The position numbers and the translations under genes are program-made. The notes below the pieces were generated by a model. That model made no database searches and had not been told where the DNA came from. It saw only the letters and a program-made list of their open reading frames with translations. DNA of 48,819 bases, the filler included, from Streblomastix strix (Eukaryota), in NCBI GenBank assembly GCA_008636045.1. It is 2 parts of 2 records of this genome, joined end to end, with 100 filler letters (N's around TTAATTAATTAA, not from the genome) between each part and the next. Parts side by side here need not be neighbours in the genome. Positions count along the whole stretch, not along the records: positions 24,467 to 48,819 come from SNRW01000238.1; 1 more part is not named here. The stretch is one strand, 5' to 3'. Positions 35,701 through 48,819 of this stretch are shown here, one piece after another (within the stretch, counting starts at the first letter, position 1; the number at the start of each line of letters is the position of its first letter).

Positions 35701-38700
35701 ATTTACCAACTGACCCAACATTTGCTTTATTCTTATTCTCACTATCAATTGTATCAGCATTGATGTCTTAACTCAATTTTGCATTAAAATCGTTGTTTAA
35801 ATCATCAGAAACTGAATGAATTATGATTATTTGCTTAAAATCATTGCTTCCTTTAAGTTATGAATATTTATATTGATAATCTTCTTTATTATCATTTTCA
35901 TTATTTCCATTATTTAACTTTTCTTATTCTTCTTTAATCCTCAAATACTGTTTAACGGGAGATTAATATTTAGACAATTATTATTGTTATTATTTCTTCT
36001 ATTTTTCTTATTATTTACTTTATTTATCATTCCTACTATCAGATATTGGAGTTGGTGATTATGAATGTGAATGTGAATGAGATCTGATTTATGATCTATT
36101 AGATTATTGAGGATGTAGATGATATAGAGATATAGAATGATGCGTTGTATGATGATGTGGAGAATTATTTTGTGAATTGGATCGAGTTTGGACATGATTA
36201 TAAATTGATTAACTTGTGCGTGATGATTATGATTATGATTATGATGTTATTGGTAGATATTTAGTTATATTTTGTTTCTGTTGTATGGAATGTATTGCTG
36301 AATAATCATAATTGAGAATTGTTACTTTGATGAAGATGATTCCTTTTGTTCGGTTGTTATTTCTCCTGTTAATTACTCCATTTGAATTAATATTATTATT
36401 ATTATCTAATCCATCATTTAATTATTTAATCTAATTTTATTTCTATTCGTTAATTTAATCTAAATTTTTCTTTTTATTCTTCTTATTACCCCATTCCCAT
36501 TATTCATTATTTATTTACTACTTATTATTTCTATTTGATATTTTCGCTTTTCTTTCATTTTCTCTTTATTAATCATATTCATCTTCTTGTTCTTATTCTA
36601 ATTCTTAATTAATTAATTATATTTAATTATTATATTATTCATTTCCCTTCAAATCAGCTTTATTAAAAGGATATTTGATTTGAATTGGGATTATCACTGG
36701 TGTTATGAATGAATGGGTCCATTTAACTTTTCCAACTCCAATAAGAAATGGATTGAATTATGAAGAAGATTAAGGAAGTTTTTATTATTACGATTATGAT
36801 GCAATTGATTTAGGTTTGCGTATTAAAGGTGAAGATTATTATTAATTATTGACATTATTTTATTAATGATATGAATTCTGATGCTAAAAAGGAGTTGATG
36901 ATTATTAAGGAGGAGAATTAGCAATATTTGGAGAACTATTATAAATGGTATTAATTGAAGGAGTATTATTGATATTTGGATATTAATATGATTATGGATA
37001 TTATTATGATAATGTTGGAGATGAATATAGAAATTGAGACGGAAATATTGATTGTGGAGATGTTGCAATATTAATAGAAGAAGTAGATGCAAAATATGAA
37101 GGATTATTTGGTTAATAATATTATTAATATAATTATTATTATTATTGTTGTTGTTTTCTATCTTCACAATAATACAAATATTTGCTCTCCTTAATAAACT
37201 TATTATCCTGATCATAATGATCCGTATATCTCTGGGAATCTGAATTCTTATTCTCATTTCTTATTTCAACTGTCTATTATTATTATTCTATATTAGATTC
37301 TCTTTCATTAATCGACTGATCATTTTCATATATTTCTTCATTTTCATTCATTTAATTCATTTCATTTATTTCTTTATCTCTTTCTTCGCCAACAAGAACT
37401 ACATGGACGTATTAATCTACTTATTGGAGAAGTTGTGATAATGGGGAATGGATGCTGGACTATATGAGAATATATATAGATGTAAAATAAATAAAATATA
37501 ATAAATATAAAAGAAAATGAAAATAAATATTTTATTTATTTTTTTTTTAAAAAAAAACAAATTTTAATAATTTTTTCATACCTATGGAAATGGAACAATA
37601 TATTTCCCCTTCATTTTGAATTCCTTTTCTGCTTTAATTCTTTGTTTTGACTCAAATCTAAATCCATTACACAATAAATGAAGAGACAAATATGTATCTT
37701 ATTTATGATTATATTAATTATTACTTTTATTATTATTAGATTAATTTGAATTTGATGGATTAATTGATCTTTAAGAAGAATGAGTAACAGAAGGTGAAGG
37801 AGAATGAATGAATGGAAGATGATATATATCAATTAAATTATCTGAATCTCTTCTTGAAGTTTTATTAGTTGACTTACTTGATTTCGATTTTGTGCTTCTT
37901 TTACTCAACTATTGTTCTTAATTGTTATTGTTATTCTCTATAATATTGTTGTTATAATCATGGTCGTATTCATAAAACCACTTCCCACCTTAAATTTCGA
38001 TCAATATCGCTAATTAGTCCAATTATTGGTAATTTTGCTACAATAATTCTTGTTCCTCTTTTGTTTGGGAAGGAATTTGAGTGAATCCTTATATTTATTA
38101 TTAAAATTTTTTGCTTGATTGCTTCAATTGATTGTGCAATTACTTTATTTATAATTGTTGTAATTCTTTTTATTATTCTATTTATTATTATTATTGTCGT
38201 TGTAATTGATCTTATAGCAATATCTATTGTTGCTAATCTTAGAATTATTTTTGAGTATAAATATTAGGTTCTTACTGCTATAAATTAACTTCATTTGATT
38301 TGGTCCTATTTTTAACTAATTTATCATCGTCTTTTTATTATCTATTACTGTTACTACTATTTCTGCTTTTCTTGCTCCTTCCACTTTAATTTCCTTATCT
38401 TTCTTTCGAGCTGATATTTTAATTTGGCATGTTTGGATTTATGAATTAATTTTATGCAGGTTTGATATAAGGTAAATTAATTTGTTTTAGAGATGAATCT
38501 GAGTTTGGATTATATTAAAAAATTAGATTAAGGATTAAATTAAAAAATAATTAAATAGAAAGTTAATAATAAATTAAAAAAATATATAATTATTTGTTAT
38601 AAAAAATACCATTTACAAGAGCTTACTGATTCATTCCAGGTTGAATAACATATGGAGAATAATTATTAGCTTGATCAAATTATTATAATTGTTATTTAAT

Positions 38701-39441
38701 TAGCTAATCATCAATAACATTCCTTATTATATCATCAGGTGTGTTTTAATATGGCATGTTATTTACTTGCTACTATTATTAAAGGACTAATTATTATTAC
38801 AATTGTTGTACTTTAAGTTGTTATTCTAATTAAAGCTATTATTATTGAATTTGCGGTAATAAATTAGGATTGAGTTAGGCAGGATTAAATTAATGTAGTT
38901 ATTATTATTATTACTATAAAGACAATAGCAAATCTGAATTAATAGGATAAGATTGTACAGAAAGTTCTGGTTATTTATTTAAGTCTAATTATTATGATAT
39001 TGCACCGAGTGGTTTATAATATTCAGTATCTACAGTAACTACTTATATTTCACCTTCTTAACTATTTTTGTTCTTCTGTAGATTTCTCCTGGATGATTTA
39101 TTTATGTTGATTGATGGAGTTTCAACAGGTGTATGTGGTAATTTCTTCTGCTCAATCGCATCTTTGGGATCCCAGCTAACACTCTCTTATGGTTTGTTGC
39201 CTACGACAATTTCATCTACATTTAAATTTTAACCAATAACTTTGAAATTGTGCAATTTTATAGGAACATTTTTTGGTTGATGTGCTTTCTTTTTCGTCGA
39301 TCTAAATGAAAGCTATCTAGGCTCTCCATATTCAGATTGTTTAATTCTATTCAGAACTCTACTTGAATTTGTAGTAGGACTGCTTTGACGTTGAAGGATA
39401 TCTGCAATTTTTTGAATTTGAATTTCTCGCTGCTCTTCCAT
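29720..39441 (-). CDS. CEP76: CEP76-like centriolar protein with very long Q/S/E-rich insertions, multi-exon
   Basis: Conserved blocks in CEP76 order: PISAFIQPIRCRFREMETPRQAARAIASLG (~34000-33810), CLLCSLLLGFGLDAYVA (~33400), CFVWEP (~31845), LLFNSHCIYANIQ (~31490), CFDLQNESNWMSL (~30650), LALGIAIRVYHFAEQERMSSCWVMIGAV (~29830). ATG 39441, TGA 29720. Confidence 0.8.
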
Positions 39442-40034
39442 GGTTCTTTGTAAATAAAAATAAATATAAAATATAAAAATAAAGAACGTGTATATTAATT
39501 AAATTAATTATAAATAAAATTAATCAATTAATAATGTTCATGGCGAGTTGTCCGCAAAATAAATATAAATTAACGTGAGCATATGAATAGGAATAATTAA
39601 ACTATAATATATGCTGATTTTAATTGTAGTTATAATAATCTTCATGAAATAATAATGCTTCAAAATTAGTACTTAAAATTCAATTTGTCTCAAGAATTGA
39701 AAAAAAATAAAAAAATAGTTTAGAAGTCCTTTTACGTTTCCACAGTATATATTCACGAAATAAAATTTATTTCTTATGGAAACTTTAACATTTAAGTTTT
39801 TAATGTAATTTAAGTTCAAATTATAACTTTGTTATCCTGAAAAATCCATTTTAATTTTTAAAATAATATTTGCTATTTTATCCTCTAATTTTCAATATTT
39901 TCTTTAAAAATAATTTATTTATTTAACAGTAACATTTTTTTATATTTATAATTAAAATCAATTATCCTGTTATATCTTTTCTTACGCCTCACTAAATTTT
40001 TTTATTTTAATTTCTTTTTTTCACCCAGAAATTC

Positions 40035-43000
40035 ATGTCAGAGGAGGCTTTTCCTTTTGATGTTGGCGATATAATTAAAGAACGATATAAATTGATTCGA
40101 AATATATCTCAAGGAAAACGCGGAGCTGTTTATTGTGCGCTTGATTAGAAAATGCGACAATTTGCGGTAAAACTAGAATAAAATTCGGGTCTAACATAAG
40201 TTTGTATCGAAGCTGCTGTACTTAACATCTTAGGTAAGTTTTTTATTTTATTTGTCAAAATTTTGTATATTTTTATTCTAATATACTTTTAAATTTAGCT
40301 GGTTAGAATCATATTCCTTAGTTTTTTCACTACGGTTAACACTAAGGTTATAAATTCCTGGCTTGTGAATTGCTTGGTCCAAATATGATGTATAGAAATG
40401 ATATTGATTATTCAATATTTATTTATTCGTTATTTTATCTAATTTTACAGCGATTTAGTTAATTACAACAAACACCTTAAATATTCACTTCATTCGGTGC
40501 TAAAATTTGGAATACAAGCGATTGAAGCCATTAAAATTGTGCATAAGTAAAAATTTGTTCATAGAGATATCAAACCTGTTTGAATTATTTTTATTTATTT
40601 ATGATTTTTCAACATATAAATATTTAATTTTTTACAGGGTAATTTTTTAATTGGAAACGCTCAAGGAACAACAGGTACATTCTATATAGCAGACTTTGGA
40701 TTATGCAAGAAACTAAACATAGTTGATGGAACTATTAGCATGGTATGAGTATATTTTAATTTATTCCATTATTAACTTCTTTTTTCCTTTATTTAACTCA
40801 AATATAGCCCACAAATAAAGCGAAATTTCGAGGATCTATGGCATATGCCTCATTAAATGCACATAATTATGTTGAACTTGGCAGGTAGGACGATCTTATT
40901 TCACTTCTTTACATTCTTGTTGAGTTCTTTAATGGGATACTTCCTTGGTCAGGGATTGAAGATGCAGTTTGAAAATTATTATTTTGCTATTTTAAATTGA
41001 ATTCTATTTTTTTATTTAAATTGATTATTATTTTCATTGATCATTTTTTATTTTCATTATATTAATAAATTAGGGGAAAGTTAAAAAAATGAAGAAACAT
41101 TACAGCGGCTTAAAACTCCTAAAAAGGCTTCCCAAACAATTCCTTTAATTCGATGAGCACATCCAACAACTTGAATATACCATAAGCCCAGATTATCTAC
41201 ACCTCATTTCTTTGCTTGAAGAAGCCGCAGAAGAAAATAAAGTTGACTTAAACGCTCCTTTTGAATGGGAAGAAGAAATGAACGACGAAAGAGATAAGAT
41301 AACGAAGCATCACATTGCATATGCGCAGAAAGTGCATGACAAGATTGAAGAGATGGAAAAGGAGAAGCTGTTGATATAAGTGAACAATGAGAAAGACGCT
41401 TTAGAGTAGATTGAATAAATAGATAAAGAAATCAATGAGTCGAAGTAATCAGTCTTAACACCACAGCAGTTCAAGATAAAACTGAACACTTTGAACATCA
41501 TACACAGACTTAGAAGGAAACATGAAAATTACTACTAACAGGAACAACTGAAATAACTGCAGAAAACCGGAAGCAGATACGACACCTCATTAATGGATAT
41601 ACAGTCGTGCATATAACCAGTCAAGTCATACAACCAGTACAACGAGTTCCCAGATCTCGTCCACACGAAAACCAATTCACACTCACCATTTCATTCTCCA
41701 TAACACTCCCCAATACCGAAGAAATAGAGCAGATCCGACACGAGGGAAAACTTACTCTCAAATGTGCACCATAATAACTCCCCATTTTATGAGTAGTACA
41801 GCAATGATGACAGGAGGGGCACAAATACTATACAGGACTTAGTTGATATTCTGGATGCTATTATTGGAGCTAGTGCAGATGTAAGCTAGAGTACAAATAA
41901 CACTAACCAGCAGATAGTAAGCACCAGATAACAGGATAAAAACAGCTTCATAGACCAATTTATAAACGAGATGCAATAAAAGGGCAAAAAACCCAATGAC
42001 ATCGATTGGGACCAGTTTATCAACAATGTCGGCGGTAGCAGCGAATACGAACAGTTTGAGTAATTCAGTTCCTCGCAGCACAACGAAATGTTCAACGGAA
42101 TTCTGAGTCCAACAATTGATCTGCAAGAATCACTGATGAAGCAGAGCATCAAATCACAGCACACGCAGAACAGCCACGATCTGGGGTTGCCTGGGAGCAT
42201 ATACTTCTCCCCATTACTGGAACATAAGCACTCTAATTCTCCGTGTTATTCTCCGCTGCTTCTTTCGCCTCAGAGCTCATCATATGGATTCAGCCCTCAA
42301 CATTCAATCAACAATCAGGTATTTGAGTTTATGCAACATCCAGCGACAGATGTTGACATTGATATTGACTTTGACTTGCCTTTGCATACTAATCAGCAGT
42401 CATTTGGTAATGCTAACACTATGCCATATACATGTGAGTCTGATTTCCATGTTTAAATAAGGTAAAGATGTTTAACAGACGAAAACTAAAAATATATTAA
42501 AGAATTAAATTAATAATAAACCAAACATTTATTTGAAAAAGAATAATTGTAAGAATTATAAGATGATACGAATGAAGATTTAGATAATGAAAATTTATTT
42601 GAAGAAAGCATTGTTAATAATAAATAAAATTTAGAAATTGATATCAATCAAAAAGAACCAATATAGCAAAAAAAATAAAACGAAAAAGCAATTCCTACGA
42701 TAAAATCAACAATATAATAATAATAATTAAATAATTCACTTCATAATCCAGTGTAAATAATTGATACTTCAAATGAAAAACAAAGTAATGATATTTAAAA
42801 TTCAGAAGATAAACACAATGTAAATGAAGATTAATTAAATTTAGATAGAATTGAAGGAAAAGAAGTAATATCGCCATTTCAAATCCGACAAGAGGTTGAC
42901 ATGACTAATCTGAACTACCACAATCTTTTCACATAATAGCGCAATTAGCTGCAAAATTAAATTACAGCAAACTCATCAACATAATATTCAGAGCAGCACA

Positions 43001-43581
43001 CTCATTCGCAGATATTCACAGATTAAGCCAGAAACGCTGTTTGCACAGAGGCTAAAGTTGAACAGTCACTTCACAACACAAACCCATCCAATTCATATGC
43101 AAAAATCATACCGTTAATACCTTAGGACAAATTGGGTATGCATCAACTGAATAATACTGAAAGTAAAGCATCTATAAGCAACATAAACAACATTCATAGT
43201 GCGTGGGAAGCTGATGAAAATGCCAATAAAGGTAAAGAAAAAGAATAATTTGATGGAATAAATATAGAAATATAAATTCCGGCTGAAAATTTAGAAGAAT
43301 AGATGAAAAATGAATAAAAAGTTAGAATGAGAAAGATTGTTAAAGTAAAAAAGAAAGAAAAACAAAATGAAAATAATTAATAAAATCAAGCAGTAATCTA
43401 AAATGAAAAAGAACAATTAAAATTAGATTCACTTGATGAAATAAAAATGGAATAAGCAGATATACAAAATATAAGTTCTCTCACACACGATAATTAATAA
43501 TCTCTTATTTAGGATAACAATTCTGATAATAAGATTGAAGTTATCACGGACAGGAGCAGATCCTGTTGTATAATACTCTGA
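40035..43581 (+). CDS. CK1-group (tau-tubulin kinase-like) Ser/Thr kinase with long tail ending in CaaX; 6 exons
   Basis: FAVKLE, ELLGPN, FVHRDIKPGNFLIG, ADFGLCK, FRGSMAYASLNAH, LGRQDDLISLLY, LPW, PDY, APFEWE. Last exon 41074-43581 is open to RSRSCCIIL*. Confidence 0.92.
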
Positions 43582-44394
43582 TTTAGAGATAGTCTTTTCT
43601 TTCTTCTTCTTTTGGTATTTATTGTTTTTAATTAAATTTTATAAATATTTTTATATATCTAATAATCAATTCTATTAGAATAATTTTAATTTGTATATTT
43701 GTAGTAATTTCTTTGTTTGAAACAATTTTAAATTAATAATTTAAATTAATATTTAAATAATTAATAATATATAACACTATAATATTTTTTTACCCACTTG
43801 TATTCTTATTTCAAAATTTTGTAATTTTTTATTAATATTATATATATTAACTTATAATTCCAATTATTTTTTATTTAAATTATATTTTTATATTGTTATT
43901 TAATAAATCATATATATTTAACTAATACTTGTTTATTTTTAGAAAAGGAGCTTTTTGTGATTTTTTTTTATAATTAAAACTTTTATTATCTTTAATTACT
44001 ATCTCCATAATAGACTCTTGCTTCATCTCTTAATTTTGAGATCGCCAAAAGGGCCGCTGGGCCTTGATGATCTTTCGAGAAGTTATGCTCTATACAGCGA
44101 ATATATATAAAAATACGAAAAAATGTTAAAAAATAACTGTTAGATGCACAAATACTGATTTTCTGGTAAGCTTAAGGCTGTAGTGTCAGATTAGACCCTG
44201 TGGCTGACATGTTGTTTATAAATGGCTCTATTAAAAAAATATAAATTGTTTATTGTTTCAAAATATTGGCATTGTGTTTGCTCCTTTTGATATAAATACT
44301 TGATTTGATTTGATTTGATACTAATAGGAAATTTATTTATGTTTGAATGTGATTTTATTATTTGTTATCGTTTTAATTCAATATTTTAATAAAT

Positions 44395-44800
44395 TAGCCC
44401 CCTAAAGCTGATGTTGCAGCAAGAAGTCATCCATCTGAGAAAAATATACATATTACTGATTTATTTCATGCATCTAATATAGGATTTAAATTCCTTAGAT
44501 ATCAGTATTGCTCTAGTAATTGAATAAAAAAACCTGCCGCAAAACACTTCATAATTTGCAAATGTTGTGACTCAAACTGATATGAGTGTATCTGGAGCTA
44601 CATCTGAACCAATAAAATTCGTGATTAATAAGTATCAATTGTGAAGGATGCAGGTACAGTTGATATTTTACATTTTGTTGCAGTTCTTACTTGTCTTCCA
44701 CTATTGTACATTTTTCCAATTTTAATTAATTTAAGTTAGGACATTATGTCCAATGGAGAATCTACGTAACCTCTTCATTTCATTACTAGATTATCTTTCA
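44395..44800 (+). pseudogene. Possible hAT-like DNA transposase fragment
   Basis: LFHASNIGFKF...QVSIVKDAGTVDILHFVAVL resembles the first-Asp strand of hAT-type RNase H folds. Several TGA. Weak. Confidence 0.3.
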
Positions 44801-44899
44801 ACCACTTAATCTGGACTACTTTTTTATTGTGGGACTGTAGCCTATGGCAATGAGTCTAGTCATTGATATATTCGTACCTCCAAAGATGATTCTAGTGAA

Positions 44900-45647
44900 A
44901 TGCAAACGTGATGAAAGCTAATTGGCATATGGATAGAGCCTCAATTCATTATAAGCCCAGTTCCAGCAGCATAGGTTGTAGTATTACAAGTTTAATTCAC
45001 TTGCAGACTAAAAGATAACACAAGACTTTGTTACAATGTTTGAAGGAGTTTTCAAAAAACCAGCTTCAAAAATAGATATGCTGAATTATACACCAGAACC
45101 AATTACAAGACTGAAGTTTTTTCATGATATATCCTGGAATGGTGCAAACATAATATTCCCTAATCCTGAAGTTGGTCCTATTCAGAAAAAAGAAGGTCCA
45201 TGGTACGCAAGAAGATAGTCAGAATCATCTGCAGCTGTCACATAAGGAATGGCAACGCTGATCAATGACGCTGCAAGGAATGAAACAGATAATCTAGTGG
45301 GAAAGTTGCATAAAGTATTCGAAGCGTCACTTATATCAGTAGCAGACGCCCAGCTCGAAAGAGAATCAAGATTAGACGATGCGTTTCAGGAGCCTAGGAC
45401 TGAAGACGTTCTATCCTAGCATACTGAGAAAAGATACAAAAAGAATCCTGGAAAATAAATAAACATAGGAAGAAGAAAGTATGGAAGTACGTTTGGGAAA
45501 TACATCAGTTAAAATAGAGGAAAGAAGCGGTAAAACAAGAGGAACTTCTAATTCTAACCAAGAGGACGATTCAATCGTGAGTACAAGGCAAAAACATTCA
45601 AATCCAGCTCTGGACAGGATCAGATTGAAGATAAATATTCTCCCTGA
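44900..45647 (+). pseudogene. DIRS gag-like ORF1
   Basis: ...MFEGVFKKPASK...ESSAAVTQGMATLI..FEASLISVADAQLERESRL...basic RG-rich tail, TGA 45645. Lies upstream of RT. Confidence 0.55.
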
Positions 45648-46419
45648 TTAATTGAATCTCAAACATTTCACACACAACACTAATGCTCTACTTCGCACTC
45701 CACCGTATAATCCACTCTCCTTAAATAATAAATCATTTTTAAAAGAATCTTCACACCAAAATTTAAGTAAATACCAAGAACAGTTCAAATCCAATTCAAT
45801 AGTTCCAGATTCCCAGTTGTGCTAAATTAATCGAGCGTTATAATAGAATATACACCAACATCATCTAGATATGCAGGCTTAGCAGTGCGTCAGGATTCCC
45901 AATCCTTTGACCCTGTAATAGCAGCTAAGTAATATATAGCTGAAACAGTGTGTTGGGAGAGAAACTCCTTTGACTCTGACAAATGCGGAAAAGGAGATGT
46001 TGTTCGTCAGGATTAAAACTTATTAGACCCTACCATGCAACATACAATCACAACAGTGCGTTGAGGAAATTCTCCTTTAGACCATGTTTGGTAATTAAAT
46101 GGATTAGATAAATTTGAATAATAATAAGGTAGTGGATCACAGAAAGAACAAATGCTAATTAGAGTAATTCATTCAAGTGTCAACGTATCTTCCATTGATA
46201 AACTTGTCTAACATCGATTTATAGTATTTCAACCACCAAATTCCTTTAGTAGATACATCTAGACTAGTTTCAGCATCCCCAATAGGTATCACAATTCCGA
46301 ATATCCATAATCAACCAGACTCCATCCAACAACTATTCACAGACCAGCAAAATTAGACCTCGGAACTTCCAGTAGATATAAAATCTCAACTTTATCAAGT
46401 CAATTCTGCTCAGATCAAT

Positions 46420-47120
46420 TAGCAAATTAGTGGAAGACTGATTTATTTTCTGGGAATATGAAAACTCATCAAAGCAGATGTACTGATAACAAGGGTACTA
46501 AAGCATACTGGATCAATAAACAAGCTCCATAAATATTGGAATTGAAAATTACAGTCCCATATTAGAGGAGATCTAAAGAAAGCGAAATGGCTCTTGGGTT
46601 ATTGACTCAGAAAGAACTGCAATAGGACATTGTTGAGGAAGTATCTTTCAATCAACTGAGATAGATTAATCCTTGTTTTGCAATTCCAAAGAAGGATAAA
46701 GGAAAATGGAGAAAGATAACAGATTGCTCCTTGTTTAATTAGTATCTCATTTCATTACACTTTATAATTGAGAACATATAGAGCCTTTGACAACTTCTAC
46801 AACCAAAGGATTTCATAGTTAAGATCGATTTGGAGTCCGTTTTCATCATATTCAAGTGGATAAAGAATTTAGACCCTTCCTCAGATTCACCTTCAACAAT
46901 AGGTATTACTATTAAAAAGCTATGTGTTTCGGCGTCAAACATGCCCCACTTATTTTTCATAAGACTCTTCGTCCAGTTATTAAATTCATTAGTGAAGCCC
47001 TCCATGTTAGAATAATCGCATATTGCGATGATATCATCATTTTACATCAGAATCAAGAAGAACTGAACATCAAGAAATAGATAATCATCAACATCCTAAC
47101 TAGTTTTGGATTCAAAATAG
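46420..47120 (+). pseudogene. DIRS reverse transcriptase, frameshifted and truncated
   Basis: QISGRLIYFLGI*K, INPCFAIPKKDKGKWRKITDC, KIDLES/FHHI, AMCFGVKHAPLIFHK, AYCDDII, FGFKI. Confidence 0.92.
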
Positions 47121-48819
47121 TCAACTTCATTTTCATGATGTTTTCTCACAATTTTTTAAGATATTTCCCATTTATTTCTGCATCATCATTGATCTCAAAT
47201 TAAATATATTCTTCAAGATAATATTTTACTTTATTCTTCAGAACATTTTTATTTTTTATTTATTTATTTGATTATTGAATTTCCTCCCTTACTTTTACAT
47301 ATTTTTATTCAATATAATCAATTTCATAGTTATTATTTGCAAATATATATTTATTTTTAGAGATAAATAGTAAGTTAATCAATAATTTATATTCTCATTT
47401 AATTGAACTTTAATTATAGATTTTCTATATATATATTTTTTAAATTTTTTCATCATTATTTGATTCATCATCGTCATCAATAATTTTGACTCTAATCTTT
47501 CTTCTTTTTTATTTTAAATATAAATTTATTTCATATTTTATTAAAATATTTAATTTTATTTCTTTTAATTTTAATTATTAACTATTATTTAACAAATCAC
47601 TATCATCATTATTAATTTTGTTTTTCTCCACAAATATCGATCCTATTTTAATTATTTTTTTTAATCTTTTAACTTTATATTAATAAATATTTAATTATTT
47701 CTTTTTTTTATTTTAGATTTTGATCCTTTTTCATTCTTTTTTTTGCATTTCTATTCTTTATTCCTTATCATTTATTAATATTAAATATTCTTAACAAATT
47801 TTTATTTCTTTGTTTTATTTTTTTATTATCGTTTTCGTTTTAAATGATATATTTCTAATTCCTTATATTTTGTTGTAAGTTAAGATTTCCAAATGAATGT
47901 TTCCGAAGAATAATTCATATAATTCGTTTGTAAATCAACAATTTTCAAATTACTAACAACAGTTGAAATATTCCATACAAAAATCATCTGCATAATGAAT
48001 AATTATAAGAAATTTTCTTAGAAATTATTATATATTTAATGAAAAAAATTAAATTAAGATGATATTTCTATATATATTTGTAAAATTTATTATTTTTGTT
48101 AATTTATTCTATGAAATTTTAACTTAAATTCCATCTATGAATTATTTATCAGATGCTAACTAATTAATATTACGTAAACGAACCATAATGACAATTGACA
48201 TGATAATTTAATTAATATGAGAATTAGATTTTCATCGTTGATTAGGGTCACTGTAGATTATAGTACTTCTGGAATTGCAGGTCCCACCTGATCTGGCTAT
48301 CTAGCCAACCATTTTAGTTTATTGTTTGTGTGAATAAACTAGATAAAAATACAAGAGGGTACTTTTGTGGGATTGATCAGTTGTGTTCTGGATGATTAGC
48401 AATAGCGAAAATAAAAGAAAAATGAAGAATGCGGATCAACTAGATCAAAGTTATGATCACACTGTAAAAAATAAATTTATTTGATGGGAAAACAATTAAA
48501 TTATCTCTGAAACAAACGCATCGCGTATACTGGAAGAAAGAGACAAAATTTAAATGTTGCATTCCCGTTCAGACAAATCTATAAAACAAAAAAATGTTTA
48601 AATAATAAAAATTAATAGTGTATATATCAGTTACTTAAAATAAAGCTATTTCATACAATTTATTATTATGTTGAATGAGATATCAACTGAATGAGATGAA
48701 AATAACTTCTGGTCATGTTTTTGACGCACGTGCACAGCAAATTTTGGTATAATACAAGAAACTACAAATTTGTTGGCTAATAAAAAATAATAATTGAATG
48801 GCATAACAAATTAATTGTT

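Larger units (their letters stand above)
44890..47120 (+). mobile_element. Second DIRS-type retrotransposon fragment (gag-like ORF + RT), 3'-truncated
   Basis: Gag-like frame followed by RT preceded by the DIRS-typical I(G/S)GRL..F...W motif. Confidence 0.85.

Noticed and set aside
32105..37832. Numerous short I/L/H/N-rich ORFs in the track
   Set aside because: Off-frame or antisense readings of low-complexity exons of the CEP76-like gene.
47120..48470. Minus-strand degenerate gene (K/N/D-rich, possible exportin-like exon at ~48175-48410)
   Set aside because: Contains TGA and frame breaks. Similarity too weak to support a call.

Overview
AT-rich eukaryotic DNA read with the TAA/TAG=Gln code (only TGA stops), so the supplied standard-code ORF track misses nearly all real genes. 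Short AT-rich introns, many with GTTT donors, and the gene and TE content suggest an oxymonad such as Streblomastix (inference). The window is two contigs joined by an artificial 100-bp linker (24367-24466). Contig 1 is a pile of mobile DNA. It opens with an essentially intact Polinton/Maverick-like element end (1-7229): a Prim-Pol gene, a 1222-aa protein-primed PolB lacking its polymerase domain, two paralogous unknown genes, and a terminal repeat region. This abuts a DIRS retrotransposon fragment (RT-RNaseH-MTase, tyrosine recombinase). A second, decayed Polinton-like virus follows, with a Prim-Pol/SF3 helicase, a putative major capsid protein, a small peptide resembling the adenovirus protein VI lytic helix, and a fiber-like remnant. 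The contig ends in an inverted duplication of a SPRY-like gene. Contig 2 holds host genes (pseudokinase-ARM protein, Skp1, a hugely expanded CEP76-like gene, a CK1/TTBK kinase ending in CaaX) and a second DIRS fragment. All translations were done by eye and no database searches were run.
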